A DNA stretch of 38,831 bases, taken from positions 1-38,831 of IMG/VR virus record IMGVR_UViG_3300049844_000167, one strand, 5' to 3'. Positions 1 to 8,330 of this stretch are shown one piece after another (positions within the stretch are counted from its first letter, which is position 1; every line of letters starts with the position of its first letter). This DNA is from a virus (Duplodnaviria > Caudoviricetes). Under the pieces are notes generated by a model. That model was not told the origin of the DNA and did not search any database. It was given only the letters and a program-made list of their open reading frames with translations. The position numbers and the translations under genes were made by a program.

Positions 1-39
1 GTTGGTCGCGGGCTTAATGTCTCAAATCAAACAAACCCA

Positions 40-978
40 ATGAAGAAACCTACTCTCTACCCGGTTCCAAACGAACCTGGAAACTTCATTCTGAAGATTT
101 CCAACAGTTCCTTGGAACTTCTCACGACTTGTCCTCGTGCTGGATCACACTACCTCATTCAGCGTCGACGCCTCGTATCAACGTCTGCCGCTTTGCTTTA
201 CGGCGGCGCGGTTCACGCAGGTCTCGTGCCGCGGAAACTTCGCGTCCCCAACTGGGAAGCCGAGCAAGCCAAAGCGGTGGAACAATCCTACGACGGTAAA
301 GCCTTTCCGCCGGACGACTGGAGAACACCCGACCGTTGCATAGCGATGTTGCAAGGATACAACCGAGCCTACCCAATTGACGGTGAACCTTTCACCGTCC
401 TTCCGGAGTCGGTTGAGTCCAAGTTCGAGGTTCGCATTGGTACTGTTGACTTCTGCGATGTCCTCGAAACTGCCGACGGTCCCCTTCACGTCAACCGTCT
501 TGACATCCACTACACCGGACGTATTGACGCCATCGTGTCTTGGGACGGTACCAACTTCATCATGGATCACAAGACCACCAGCGTCCTCGGCCCGACGTTT
601 TGGGATGACTTCCAACTCTCGGCACAAATGATCGGCTATGTCTGGGCAGCAAGGCAACTTGGCTATGACGTCAAAGGACTTCTCCTCGACGTCATTGCTG
701 GGCGGAAGCCAACCAGGACTGGCACCTCCGCGGAATACCTTCGTCAACGCTACTGGTATCCTGAGGAGCACGTCGAAGAATGGCTCAAGGACGTGTTCAC
801 CCAAATCCAAGACTGGCTTGAGAAATGGTCGAACCGGTACTTCCCAAAATGCACCAAATGGTGCATTGGTAAATACGGACGCTGTCAGTACTTCGACGTG
901 TGCACACAGAAAACCACCGACGAACGTACCGCCATGCTTTCGTCGGAAGCCTACGAGGACGTTGTTGAACATGACTAA
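40..978 (+). CDS. Cas4-like / PD-(D/E)XK exonuclease with Fe-S cysteines
   Basis: N-terminal TCPR Cys, GRIDA...IMDHKT nuclease motifs, QMIGY (QxxxY) motif, C-terminal CTKWC..RCQYFDVC cluster. Confidence 0.85.
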   Translation: MKKPTLYPVPNEPGNFILKISNSSLELLTTCPRAGSHYLIQRRRLVSTSAALLYGGAVHAGLVPRKLRVPNWEAEQAKAVEQSYDGKAFPPDDWRTPDRCIAMLQGYNRAYPIDGEPFTVLPESVESKFEVRIGTVDFCDVLETADGPLHVNRLDIHYTGRIDAIVSWDGTNFIMDHKTTSVLGPTFWDDFQLSAQMIGYVWAARQLGYDVKGLLLDVIAGRKPTRTGTSAEYLRQRYWYPEEHVEEWLKDVFTQIQDWLEKWSNRYFPKCTKWCIGKYGRCQYFDVCTQKTTDERTAMLSSEAYEDVVEHD

Positions 979-1168
979 ACCACGACAGCACCCCGCATTA
1001 AACCGCGAACTTGGAGACATTTTTCTCTCGGACTTTATCGAGATGCTCGAATGTCTCAATGAAGATCTCGGACCCAACGTAGTAATAACCTTTAACAATC
1101 ACTACAACTTCACTTTTCAACGCATTGACAGCGTTGGCAAGAGAAGGCAACTAAACATCAAACACTAA
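971..1168 (+). CDS. Small hypothetical protein (65 aa)
   Basis: ATG at 971 overlaps the end of the nuclease gene; fills the gap to the next gene; real part of track ORF 638..1168. Confidence 0.6.
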   Translation: MTKPRQHPALNRELGDIFLSDFIEMLECLNEDLGPNVVITFNNHYNFTFQRIDSVGKRRQLNIKH

Positions 1169-1172
1169 TCTA

Positions 1173-1874
1173 ATGAAAAGCGCACAAGAATACAAACCAA
1201 ACCAAAGTCGGGGCATCCTGCTCCTCGGTCAGCCAGGCTCTGGCAAAACCACACTCGCCCTTCAACTTGGACGAAAACCCTGGATCGCAGACTGCGACAA
1301 CAATCTGTCCGGAGCCTTTCGTCACCTTGGAGCGAATTGTCACGCCATGTACGACATCATTGACCTCGATGACGAGTTAAAGCCCATTGCGGAAAACCTC
1401 CGCTTCACCAACCTCACTCGAAAGGTCGCGGATGCGTGCAAGTCGGACTGTGACACCCTGATCTTCGACTCCTACTCAAAGGTTTCGGACTACGTCCAAG
1501 ACGACATCCTGCGCCAGCAGGGACGTACGCAATTCCAAATGCAAGACTGGGGCACTTACCTCAACGTGATGAAGAAGCTCACTAACCAAATGCGTTCGAC
1601 TCAACGGATGTTTGTGGCTACAGCCCACGTGCGTCCCGAGAAGGACGAAGTCTCTGGCATCGTTCGCTACTTCATCGCGTTGCCTGGGCAAATCCAGCAC
1701 CAACTTGGCGCACTCTTCTCTGACGTCTGGCTTTGTGAGTGCCAAGAGAAAAACGGCCAGCATCAATTCGTCGTTCGCACCATGCCAAACACGTGGTACG
1801 CGCTCAAAAACAGCTTGGGCCTCAAGCCCGTCTGTACCGTTCCTGAGATCCTCACCGCTCTCGGTTATGCGTAA
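1173..1874 (+). CDS. Sak4-like AAA_24 P-loop ATPase (phage recombinase)
   Basis: Walker A GQPGSGKTT, Walker B LIFDSYS, QDWG and TAH motifs, FSDVW; lies between an exonuclease and an SSB-like gene. Confidence 0.82.
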   Translation: MKSAQEYKPNQSRGILLLGQPGSGKTTLALQLGRKPWIADCDNNLSGAFRHLGANCHAMYDIIDLDDELKPIAENLRFTNLTRKVADACKSDCDTLIFDSYSKVSDYVQDDILRQQGRTQFQMQDWGTYLNVMKKLTNQMRSTQRMFVATAHVRPEKDEVSGIVRYFIALPGQIQHQLGALFSDVWLCECQEKNGQHQFVVRTMPNTWYALKNSLGLKPVCTVPEILTALGYA

Positions 1875-2037
1875 ATCCACCGCAAAGGCGTTGAAAAATC
1901 TTGCGAGTAACAAAGCAGCCTATCGACGTCTAAAGGCCGCCTTCAACACCCTACCCCGGCACGAACGTGCTGCGGTGAAAAAGGAAATTGAACATGACAG
2001 CAACTTTTCTGGTCGAGGTCGAAGTGGACGGGATTGA
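1867..2037 (+). CDS. Small basic hypothetical protein (56 aa, MRKSTAKALK...)
   Basis: ATG at 1867 overlaps the ATPase stop region; in frame with track ORF 1612..2037. Confidence 0.5.
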   Translation: MRKSTAKALKNLASNKAAYRRLKAAFNTLPRHERAAVKKEIEHDSNFSGRGRSGRD

Positions 2038-2179
2038 TCCTGTCTCACTGCAAACCACAACCGAAGACATTGCCGATGCGTGTGAGTCCGCTGGACTCCT
2101 CGTCTCGTCAGTGAAACCTTGGAGCAGACCAACCTCTGCCCCAATGGGCATAACGCCCGCACAGGGTGGTGCACTGTAA
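1994..2179 (+). CDS. Small hypothetical protein (61 aa)
   Basis: ATG at 1994 preceded by AAGGAA; ORF fills the gap before the SSB-like gene. Confidence 0.55.
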   Translation: MTATFLVEVEVDGIDPVSLQTTTEDIADACESAGLLVSSVKPWSRPTSAPMGITPAQGGAL

Positions 2180-2216
2180 CCTAACGCACCAAGTAGCGAA
2201 ACAAGAACCAAAACAA

Positions 2217-2684
2217 ATGGAAAACAATAACGAACAACTCGTCAACGAAATCATCGACCTTGGTTACAACGTGGAAGATGTCGATCTGTCTCGTCCGGTG
2301 CTCGCCGCCGGAACCTACCCCTTCACCGTTGTCGGTGTCGCGGCGGAGCAGTCGAAGTCCAACCCGCAAAACCGGAACCTCAAAGTCACCTTCGCCCTCG
2401 CCGCCGTTGCAGAGGCGACGAATGGCAAGTTGGTGAATCCGGGATTCCGCCTGACGATGTATATGCCCCTCCAGGACGTCGGCAAGATGCAGCCCGGTCA
2501 GTGGAAGGAGCGTCCCGCGCAGTTGCACAATGGCCTCGGCCTCACCGGAGCCATTTCGACTGGCGAGTGGACTGGCAAGACCGTCAACTGCACCGTGAAG
2601 GTCACGCCTTCTCGCACAGATGACGCTTCGGGTCGAACCTATCCCGAAGGCAATGAGATCACTCGGTTCTCTCAGGTCAAGTAA
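2217..2684 (+). CDS. DUF669-like putative single-stranded DNA-binding protein
   Basis: PVLAAGTYPFTV...SKS..NLKVTF pattern, GKTVNCTVKV and YPEGNEITRF C-terminus typical of DUF669 OB-fold proteins found beside Sak4; ATG 2217 after an A-rich leader. Confidence 0.7.
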   Translation: MENNNEQLVNEIIDLGYNVEDVDLSRPVLAAGTYPFTVVGVAAEQSKSNPQNRNLKVTFALAAVAEATNGKLVNPGFRLTMYMPLQDVGKMQPGQWKERPAQLHNGLGLTGAISTGEWTGKTVNCTVKVTPSRTDDASGRTYPEGNEITRFSQVK

Positions 2685-2703
2685 CCGAAACTAAACCAAA
2701 CCC

Positions 2704-2736
2704 TGGGGGATGGTGGGCAATTCCTACCATCCCCCA
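2704..2736 (+). terminator. Strong intergenic hairpin (terminator or RNA processing/stabilising stem)
   Basis: TGGGGGATGGTGGG-CAATT-CCTACCATCCCCCA, 14-bp stem with one G-U pair, only a short T run after it. Confidence 0.55.
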
Positions 2737-2746
2737 ACTTTAAAAA

Positions 2747-3514
2747 ATGACAACACTATCTCTAGATCAACTTCGGACAATCGTCCCCGCAGCCTTCGCC
2801 ACCGAACCTCGTTCGGATGTGTCTGACCGTTACGACTTCATTCCCACGCTAGACGCTATCAACTACGCAATGAATCGTGGTTGGTTTCCTGTTCGCGCTC
2901 GACAGTCTGTGGCAGCGCAAGACCAGATTCACGCAAAACACAGCATTATGTTCCGTGCCGAGGCGTCTAAACTCATCGTGGGCGACATCTTCCCGGAACT
3001 GACGCTCATCAACAGTCACGATAGAACACGTTCCCTCGTGTTCCGTGCTGGTCTGTTCCGCCTCGCGTGCTCTAACGGAATGTCCGTGGCGATCTCCGGA
3101 ATGTCGTATAGCGCAACCCGCGTTCACCTCCGCGGCGGCAACCCATTGCCGAACTTGTTCAATCACGCACTGGATCAACTTGAGCCGGTGACTGAAGCCG
3201 CAAGGTCCTGGCAGACGCGAATCTTGTCAGCCGAAGAAACAACAACGTTGGCTAAGAAGGCCGTGCTGATTCGCTGCAACGGGAACAAGCTCTCCGCTTC
3301 TTACCACAACCACAACGAATACCTAATTCGTCGGCGAGGGGACGACGAACGGTCAGACTTGTGGACAGTCTACAACGTCCTGCAAGAAAACTCCATCCGC
3401 GGTGGTATCCAAGGCCCAGTCCGCGCCCTTCGCGGAATCAACACCGTCGAAGAAATCACACGGATCAATCAAGAACTCTGGACCGCAGCGGAAGAAATCT
3501 ATGGAAACAATTAA
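2747..3514 (+). CDS. DUF932/DUF945 family protein
   Basis: VSDRYDFIPT..GWFPV, KHSIMFR, PELTLINSHD, AGLFRLACSNG, DLWTVYNVLQENSIRGG, INQELW motifs. Confidence 0.85.
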   Translation: MTTLSLDQLRTIVPAAFATEPRSDVSDRYDFIPTLDAINYAMNRGWFPVRARQSVAAQDQIHAKHSIMFRAEASKLIVGDIFPELTLINSHDRTRSLVFRAGLFRLACSNGMSVAISGMSYSATRVHLRGGNPLPNLFNHALDQLEPVTEAARSWQTRILSAEETTTLAKKAVLIRCNGNKLSASYHNHNEYLIRRRGDDERSDLWTVYNVLQENSIRGGIQGPVRALRGINTVEEITRINQELWTAAEEIYGNN

Positions 3515-4883
3515 ACTCACACAAATCAACATCGGGGATCGTCTCCGGGAAGACTACGGAGATGTCGAAGGACTGGCGGAGTCCATTTATGAACTCGGTC
3601 TAATCCAGCCTATAGTGCTTCGGCGTGACTCTGAGTCCGCCTTCACGCTAGTAGCTGGAGGTCGACGTCTCACTGCTATCACCTCCCTCGGTATCACCGA
3701 ACTCCAGCATGGAATCACCTCTGTGCCTGGAGTTGCGGGTTTTGTTTACGCCGACGAACTCCCGGAGGATCGCCTCCGGGAGTTGGAGCTGGAGGAAAAC
3801 GTGCGCCGCAAGGACATGTCCTGGCAGGAACGAGTCCTTGCCATCGACGAAATCCATCGGCTCAAAAGTCGTCGGGCCGCTCTCGACTCAACGTCGTGGG
3901 GGTTAAAGCAAACCGGCGAACTTCTCGGGGTCACGATGGGACACACGTCGTGGATTCTCCAGATAGCCAAAGAACTTCGTGCGGGTTCTGCGATTAAAGA
4001 CTGCGAGCATTTGACCGCAGCCATCCGGTGGCTGATCCAGCAACGCGAAGACGAAGCGAAAGCAGAACTTGTCCGGATAAGTCAAGAGTCGCTTGCGAGA
4101 CAAATCTCCTCCGCTTCCGCCTCTCCGGTCAAGTTGGATAATGCAACAAAACCAGCCGAGCCTTCTGCCTCTCCTGGTTTTGCTCTCGCCAATCAAGTCT
4201 GCTTCAACCACGACTGTCGAGGTTTCCTGGCCAAATGCGCTCCCGAGCAATACGACCACATCGTCTCCGATCCTCCCTACGCAATCGACATGGACATGCT
4301 TGCTCAAACTCAAGCCTTGTCCACCATCGACTCCGTTCGGGAGACGCACGACGTCGAACAGAACAAGGAACTCCTCTGGACCATCATGCCGGACTTGTTC
4401 CGCGTACTCAAACCAAAAGGCTTCTGTGTCTTGTGGTTCGACAGCGTTCACTGGTCATGGCTCACAGCCCGAGCCGAGGAAGTTGGTTTCCGCGTCCAGC
4501 GTTGGCCGTTAGTCTGGTGCAAAACCTCTCCTTGTGCTAACGCAGCTGCGTTTTCCAACTTCACCAAAGCGACAGAGATGGCTTTGGTCTTGTCGAAACA
4601 AAGCGCGACGTTGGTCAAGCCAATCACCACCAACTGGATCACGGCTTCCAACTCCGAAGCTCGAACGGCGGGCCATCCGTTTTGGAAGCCTGCAGAAGTC
4701 TGGAACTTCATCTTCTCCGCAATAGCGACTCCTGGACAATCAGTCCTCGACCCCTTCGCGGGAGCTGGTTCCTCGACCACCGCCGCCATCAAGTTCGGAC
4801 TCGTCCCGACTGCCGTGGAGATTGACGTCAAACACTACAACAACCTCCTCCTCAACGTGCAAAAAGCATATGACAACGCCTGA
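3501..4883 (+). CDS. ParB/Srx-like N-terminal domain fused to a beta-class amino (N6-A/N4-C) DNA methyltransferase
   Basis: LAESIYELGLIQPIV, LVAGGRRL, ELEENVRRKDM (ParB); catalytic SDPPY precedes SAM-binding VLDPFAGAGS, with HPFWKP; start trimmed to ATG 3501. Confidence 0.88.
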   Translation: METIKLTQINIGDRLREDYGDVEGLAESIYELGLIQPIVLRRDSESAFTLVAGGRRLTAITSLGITELQHGITSVPGVAGFVYADELPEDRLRELELEENVRRKDMSWQERVLAIDEIHRLKSRRAALDSTSWGLKQTGELLGVTMGHTSWILQIAKELRAGSAIKDCEHLTAAIRWLIQQREDEAKAELVRISQESLARQISSASASPVKLDNATKPAEPSASPGFALANQVCFNHDCRGFLAKCAPEQYDHIVSDPPYAIDMDMLAQTQALSTIDSVRETHDVEQNKELLWTIMPDLFRVLKPKGFCVLWFDSVHWSWLTARAEEVGFRVQRWPLVWCKTSPCANAAAFSNFTKATEMALVLSKQSATLVKPITTNWITASNSEARTAGHPFWKPAEVWNFIFSAIATPGQSVLDPFAGAGSSTTAAIKFGLVPTAVEIDVKHYNNLLLNVQKAYDNA

Positions 4884-5079
4884 TTATTCCCACGTACCTC
4901 CGCACGAAGTTACCAAAGCATTGCGACTCTGCAACTTGAAAATCCTAGATCAAGTCCTCCACCGCTATGCGTGGCAATCTCCGAAACGTTACAACGAGAT
5001 TGCTCACTTCGTCGCGAAAGTTCGTCGCTTAACCGAAAAGAAAAATGAAAAAGATCGTCTACGTAATGTGGGACGGTGA
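4870..5079 (+). CDS. Small hypothetical protein (69 aa)
   Basis: ATG 4870 overlaps the end of the methyltransferase gene. Confidence 0.5.
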   Translation: MTTPDYSHVPPHEVTKALRLCNLKILDQVLHRYAWQSPKRYNEIAHFVAKVRRLTEKKNEKDRLRNVGR

Positions 5080-5257
5080 TGGTTACGAGGTTCACCTTGA
5101 CCTCGCGACTCATGACCCAACCTCAATCTACTGTTACCGAGGGAATCGTCCAAATCCGCGCCGCGTATTCTGGGACGACCTTTCCGAACAACTCCAAGAC
5201 CGCATCAACAACAAAATAGCAAACCTACCAAGAGATGGAAAATCAAATTGTACCTAA
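5045..5257 (+). CDS. Small hypothetical protein (70 aa)
   Basis: ATG after an A-rich leader; bridges to the polymerase gene. Confidence 0.55.
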   Translation: MKKIVYVMWDGDGYEVHLDLATHDPTSIYCYRGNRPNPRRVFWDDLSEQLQDRINNKIANLPRDGKSNCT

Positions 5258-7832
5258 CTGTTTCCCTACTGTGGAAACCTCCTATCGCCTTGCCATTATC
5301 GGTGAGGCTCCCGGAGCCGAAGAAGTCGTCGCCCGCACTCCCTTCGTGGGAGCTGCCGGACGTCTCCTCTCCGCGCTTCTCTCCCGCTGTGGTATCATGC
5401 GCTCCGCGTGTTTCGTGGGGAACATCTGCCAACATCGTCCCATGAACAACGACATTTCAACTTTCGAGTGGGGCGGTGAAGAAATACAATCGGGGCTGGA
5501 ACGCTTAAAAGCTGACCTTGAAACGTTCCGCCCGACGTGCATATTGCTCCTAGGAGCCACGGCTCTCCGGGCCTTTACTGGTGAGCACCGAAGTATCGAA
5601 GATTGGCGCGGGTCTGTCTTCGCCGCGGCGGAGATTAGTCCTGGAACTAAATGCATCGCTTCCTATCGCCCGGCTGATTGTTTGCGGATGTCTGAGCTAA
5701 CTCCCCTGCTAAACTTCGACCTCCGTCGTGCTCGGTCGGATGCGGACTTCCCTGATCTTCGTCTCCCCGAACGGAGCTTTGAGTTATCCTTGTCCGCCGA
5801 CGAGATCATCGCTCGTCTCGATGCCATCGAACCGAACACTCTCGTCTCCTTCGACATCGAAGGTGGGCTAGACTCCTTGTCCTGCTTGTCCATCTCCACC
5901 GACCCCGGGTCAGGCTTCATCATACCCTTCGAAGCCTCCGTCGGCACGTCAAAGTGGGACATTGACACAGAGGTGAGAATCTGGGCCGCCGTGAAAAAGT
6001 TAATGGAACGGAGCGACGTGCCTAAGGTTCTCCAAAACTCATTGTATGATTGCTTCGTCTTGGGTTATAGTTACGGCATACACGTGTCTAATGTAGCCGA
6101 AGACACCATGCTCAAACATTGGGAACTCTATTGCGAACTGCCCAAATCCCTCGGTCTTCAAGCCTCTCTTTACACCCGCGAACCCTACTACAAAAGCGAA
6201 CGCAAAGCTGACACGTTGCAACGCTTCTGGACGTATTGCTGCAAGGACAGTGCGATTACTCTTGAAATCTGTCAGAAACTCGATGGAGCGTTAACAGCTC
6301 CAGCGAAGTCCCACTACCGTTTCAACGTAAACATGCTCAGGCCTTTGCTCTACACGGAGTTGAGGGGCATCTCTTACGACGAAGCTGCCGCATCTGACCT
6401 GCGGGAAAAGACCAAACGAGAGATGTACCTGCTCCAGCACCGCCTTAACAAGCACGCTGGCTGTGAGCTTTCAGTCCAAAGCGAAACGGAGGTTCTCGCT
6501 TTGTTCAAAGAGATTGGCTGCCAGAAGCGGTTGAAAGACGCTTGCACAACGGTCATGCTTATGCCACAGTGTGCCCTAAAGCCCTACATCTACGCGGCTC
6601 GACGTCTCCAGGTTTTATGTCAGTCCGGCTTCCCCTTCGACGACGCAAGGAACGGTGAAGCGGCGGTGTTGTTGAACCACCATCTCAACGTTGACAGTAA
6701 CAAACAGATGTGCGACTTCCTCTACCGGAAGCTTGCGCTGCCGGTACAGTACAAACCACGAACGACGTCGCCCACAGCTGACGTCCTCGCCATGCTTCGT
6801 TTGTATAAGAAAACCGACAACCCAATCTGTAAGCTTGTCTTGCAAGTCCGTGCGCTGGCCACCGCTATGGAAACTCTCGCCATCAAAGCTGACGAGGATC
6901 ACCGAGTCCGTTGTGGTTACAACGTTGTCGGGACTGTGACAGGTCGTCTGACGTGTTACAAATCTCCCACCGGCTCCGGATATAATCTCCAAACCGTCAC
7001 CAAGAAACAACGCCACTTGTTCAAGGCCGACCCTGACATGTGGATGTTTCAATGTGACTTGTCTGGTGCTGATGGCTGGACTGTCGCGGCTCATTGCCAA
7101 CGCCTCGGCGATCCAACCATGATGGACGATTACTTGTTCGGTCTCAAACCGGCCAATATCATCGCCCTGATGTACGAAGGGATGAAAGTCAACGGGATGT
7201 CGCGTGAACAGCTCAAAGTCGAGGGCAAGAAAGTCGACAAAGACGGCTGGCTGTACTTTGCCTGCAAGCGCGTTCAGCACGGCTCCAACTATGGTATGGG
7301 GAAAATTACTATGTCTGACGTGATTCTAAAAGACTCCTACAAATACCTCGGAGAGCCGACGGTGGTTCCTTCGTCGACGTGTGAGCAGCTTCAACGTCTC
7401 TACTACATGCGTTACCCTGGCGTACTCGCTTGGCATCGTTGGATGGTGCAACAGCTCAAAGCCACTCGTTCCTTGACCAGCGGTTCGGGCCATACGCACC
7501 ACTTCTTTGGTCGCTCGGACGATCACGATACACTCAAATCCGCCCTTGCGGATGAACCACAGCAGAACACCACCTACGCGACAAACCGCGCAATCTTAAA
7601 CCTATGGCTTGATCCAGAAAACCGGAGTGGCTCCCGTCTAATCGTGGAACCTCTCCACCAAGTCCACGATGCCCTCATCGGACAATTCCCGAAGAAGCGT
7701 ACCGACTGGGCTGTGGAGAAAATCCGTGGCTGGTTCAACGAACCATTAACAATAGCCGGACAATCTCTCGTCATACCTTTCGAGGGAAACTACGGCGACT
7801 CTTGGGGAAATCTCAATGTCGGAACAATTTGA
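5235..7832 (+). CDS. polA: Family A DNA polymerase with N-terminal family-4 uracil-DNA-glycosylase-like domain and 3'-5' exonuclease domain
   Basis: UDG motifs IGEAPGAEE, PFVGAAG; ExoI FDIEG, ExoII QNSLYD, ExoIII YCCKD; TGRL..NLQ; motif A DLSGAD, motif B KRVQHGSNYG, motif C QVHDA. Confidence 0.92.
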   Translation: MENQIVPNCFPTVETSYRLAIIGEAPGAEEVVARTPFVGAAGRLLSALLSRCGIMRSACFVGNICQHRPMNNDISTFEWGGEEIQSGLERLKADLETFRPTCILLLGATALRAFTGEHRSIEDWRGSVFAAAEISPGTKCIASYRPADCLRMSELTPLLNFDLRRARSDADFPDLRLPERSFELSLSADEIIARLDAIEPNTLVSFDIEGGLDSLSCLSISTDPGSGFIIPFEASVGTSKWDIDTEVRIWAAVKKLMERSDVPKVLQNSLYDCFVLGYSYGIHVSNVAEDTMLKHWELYCELPKSLGLQASLYTREPYYKSERKADTLQRFWTYCCKDSAITLEICQKLDGALTAPAKSHYRFNVNMLRPLLYTELRGISYDEAAASDLREKTKREMYLLQHRLNKHAGCELSVQSETEVLALFKEIGCQKRLKDACTTVMLMPQCALKPYIYAARRLQVLCQSGFPFDDARNGEAAVLLNHHLNVDSNKQMCDFLYRKLALPVQYKPRTTSPTADVLAMLRLYKKTDNPICKLVLQVRALATAMETLAIKADEDHRVRCGYNVVGTVTGRLTCYKSPTGSGYNLQTVTKKQRHLFKADPDMWMFQCDLSGADGWTVAAHCQRLGDPTMMDDYLFGLKPANIIALMYEGMKVNGMSREQLKVEGKKVDKDGWLYFACKRVQHGSNYGMGKITMSDVILKDSYKYLGEPTVVPSSTCEQLQRLYYMRYPGVLAWHRWMVQQLKATRSLTSGSGHTHHFFGRSDDHDTLKSALADEPQQNTTYATNRAILNLWLDPENRSGSRLIVEPLHQVHDALIGQFPKKRTDWAVEKIRGWFNEPLTIAGQSLVIPFEGNYGDSWGNLNVGTI

Positions 7833-8067
7833 AGAACTAGAAAACACACCAGAAATCATCGAATGTTTGGAGATGCTTCGCAGCACTCTTCATACCTACT
7901 ACACCTTTTTCGGAATCTATCCCAAAGTTGCGTTTTGCTCACAAGAGTACTTTCGCTGCTTCCCTGTGATGGATCTGGAAAACCCTTGCTTAACCGTCAA
8001 CGAAATAGACATCATTCCCAACCCTAACTTAAAAGGAAAAACAATCTACATAAGGCATCTACTATGA
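7816..8067 (+). CDS. Hypothetical protein (83 aa)
   Basis: Overlaps the pol end; ATGA-coupled to the next gene. Confidence 0.55.
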   Translation: MSEQFEELENTPEIIECLEMLRSTLHTYYTFFGIYPKVAFCSQEYFRCFPVMDLENPCLTVNEIDIIPNPNLKGKTIYIRHLL

Positions 8068-8330
8068 GTATCGAAAATACACTTAAAGCCCGGGGCAAGA
8101 CCCACGGGAACTTTATCGACAATTCCAACGTGACTCAACATCTAAAACGAGTTATACGCTGCTCGAAGAACTGGGACACCATGGGCAACGTCAATCGCGA
8201 AGCCCTCGACATGATCTGTCACAAAATCGGTCGCATCTGTTCGGGCAATCCGTCCGAGGTTGACCACTGGCAGGACATCGCAGGCTACGCAACACTCGCC
8301 AAGCAAGGCATAACCGGAGACCTGAACTAA
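8064..8330 (+). CDS. DUF6378-like small all-alpha protein (putative nucleotide-handling)
   Basis: L..RG.THG.F N-terminus, MICHKIGRI..G, DHWQDIAGYA C-terminal motif. Confidence 0.75.
   Translation: MSIENTLKARGKTHGNFIDNSNVTQHLKRVIRCSKNWDTMGNVNREALDMICHKIGRICSGNPSEVDHWQDIAGYATLAKQGITGDLN

Noticed and set aside
178-1098. 306-aa minus-strand ORF
   Set aside because: Antisense shadow of the clearly recognisable nuclease gene
3402-3500. N-terminal extensions given by the ORF track (3402, 2166, 9157, 23981, 31980, 31480)
   Set aside because: They overlap upstream genes; downstream ATGs with stop-start coupling or domain starts fit better
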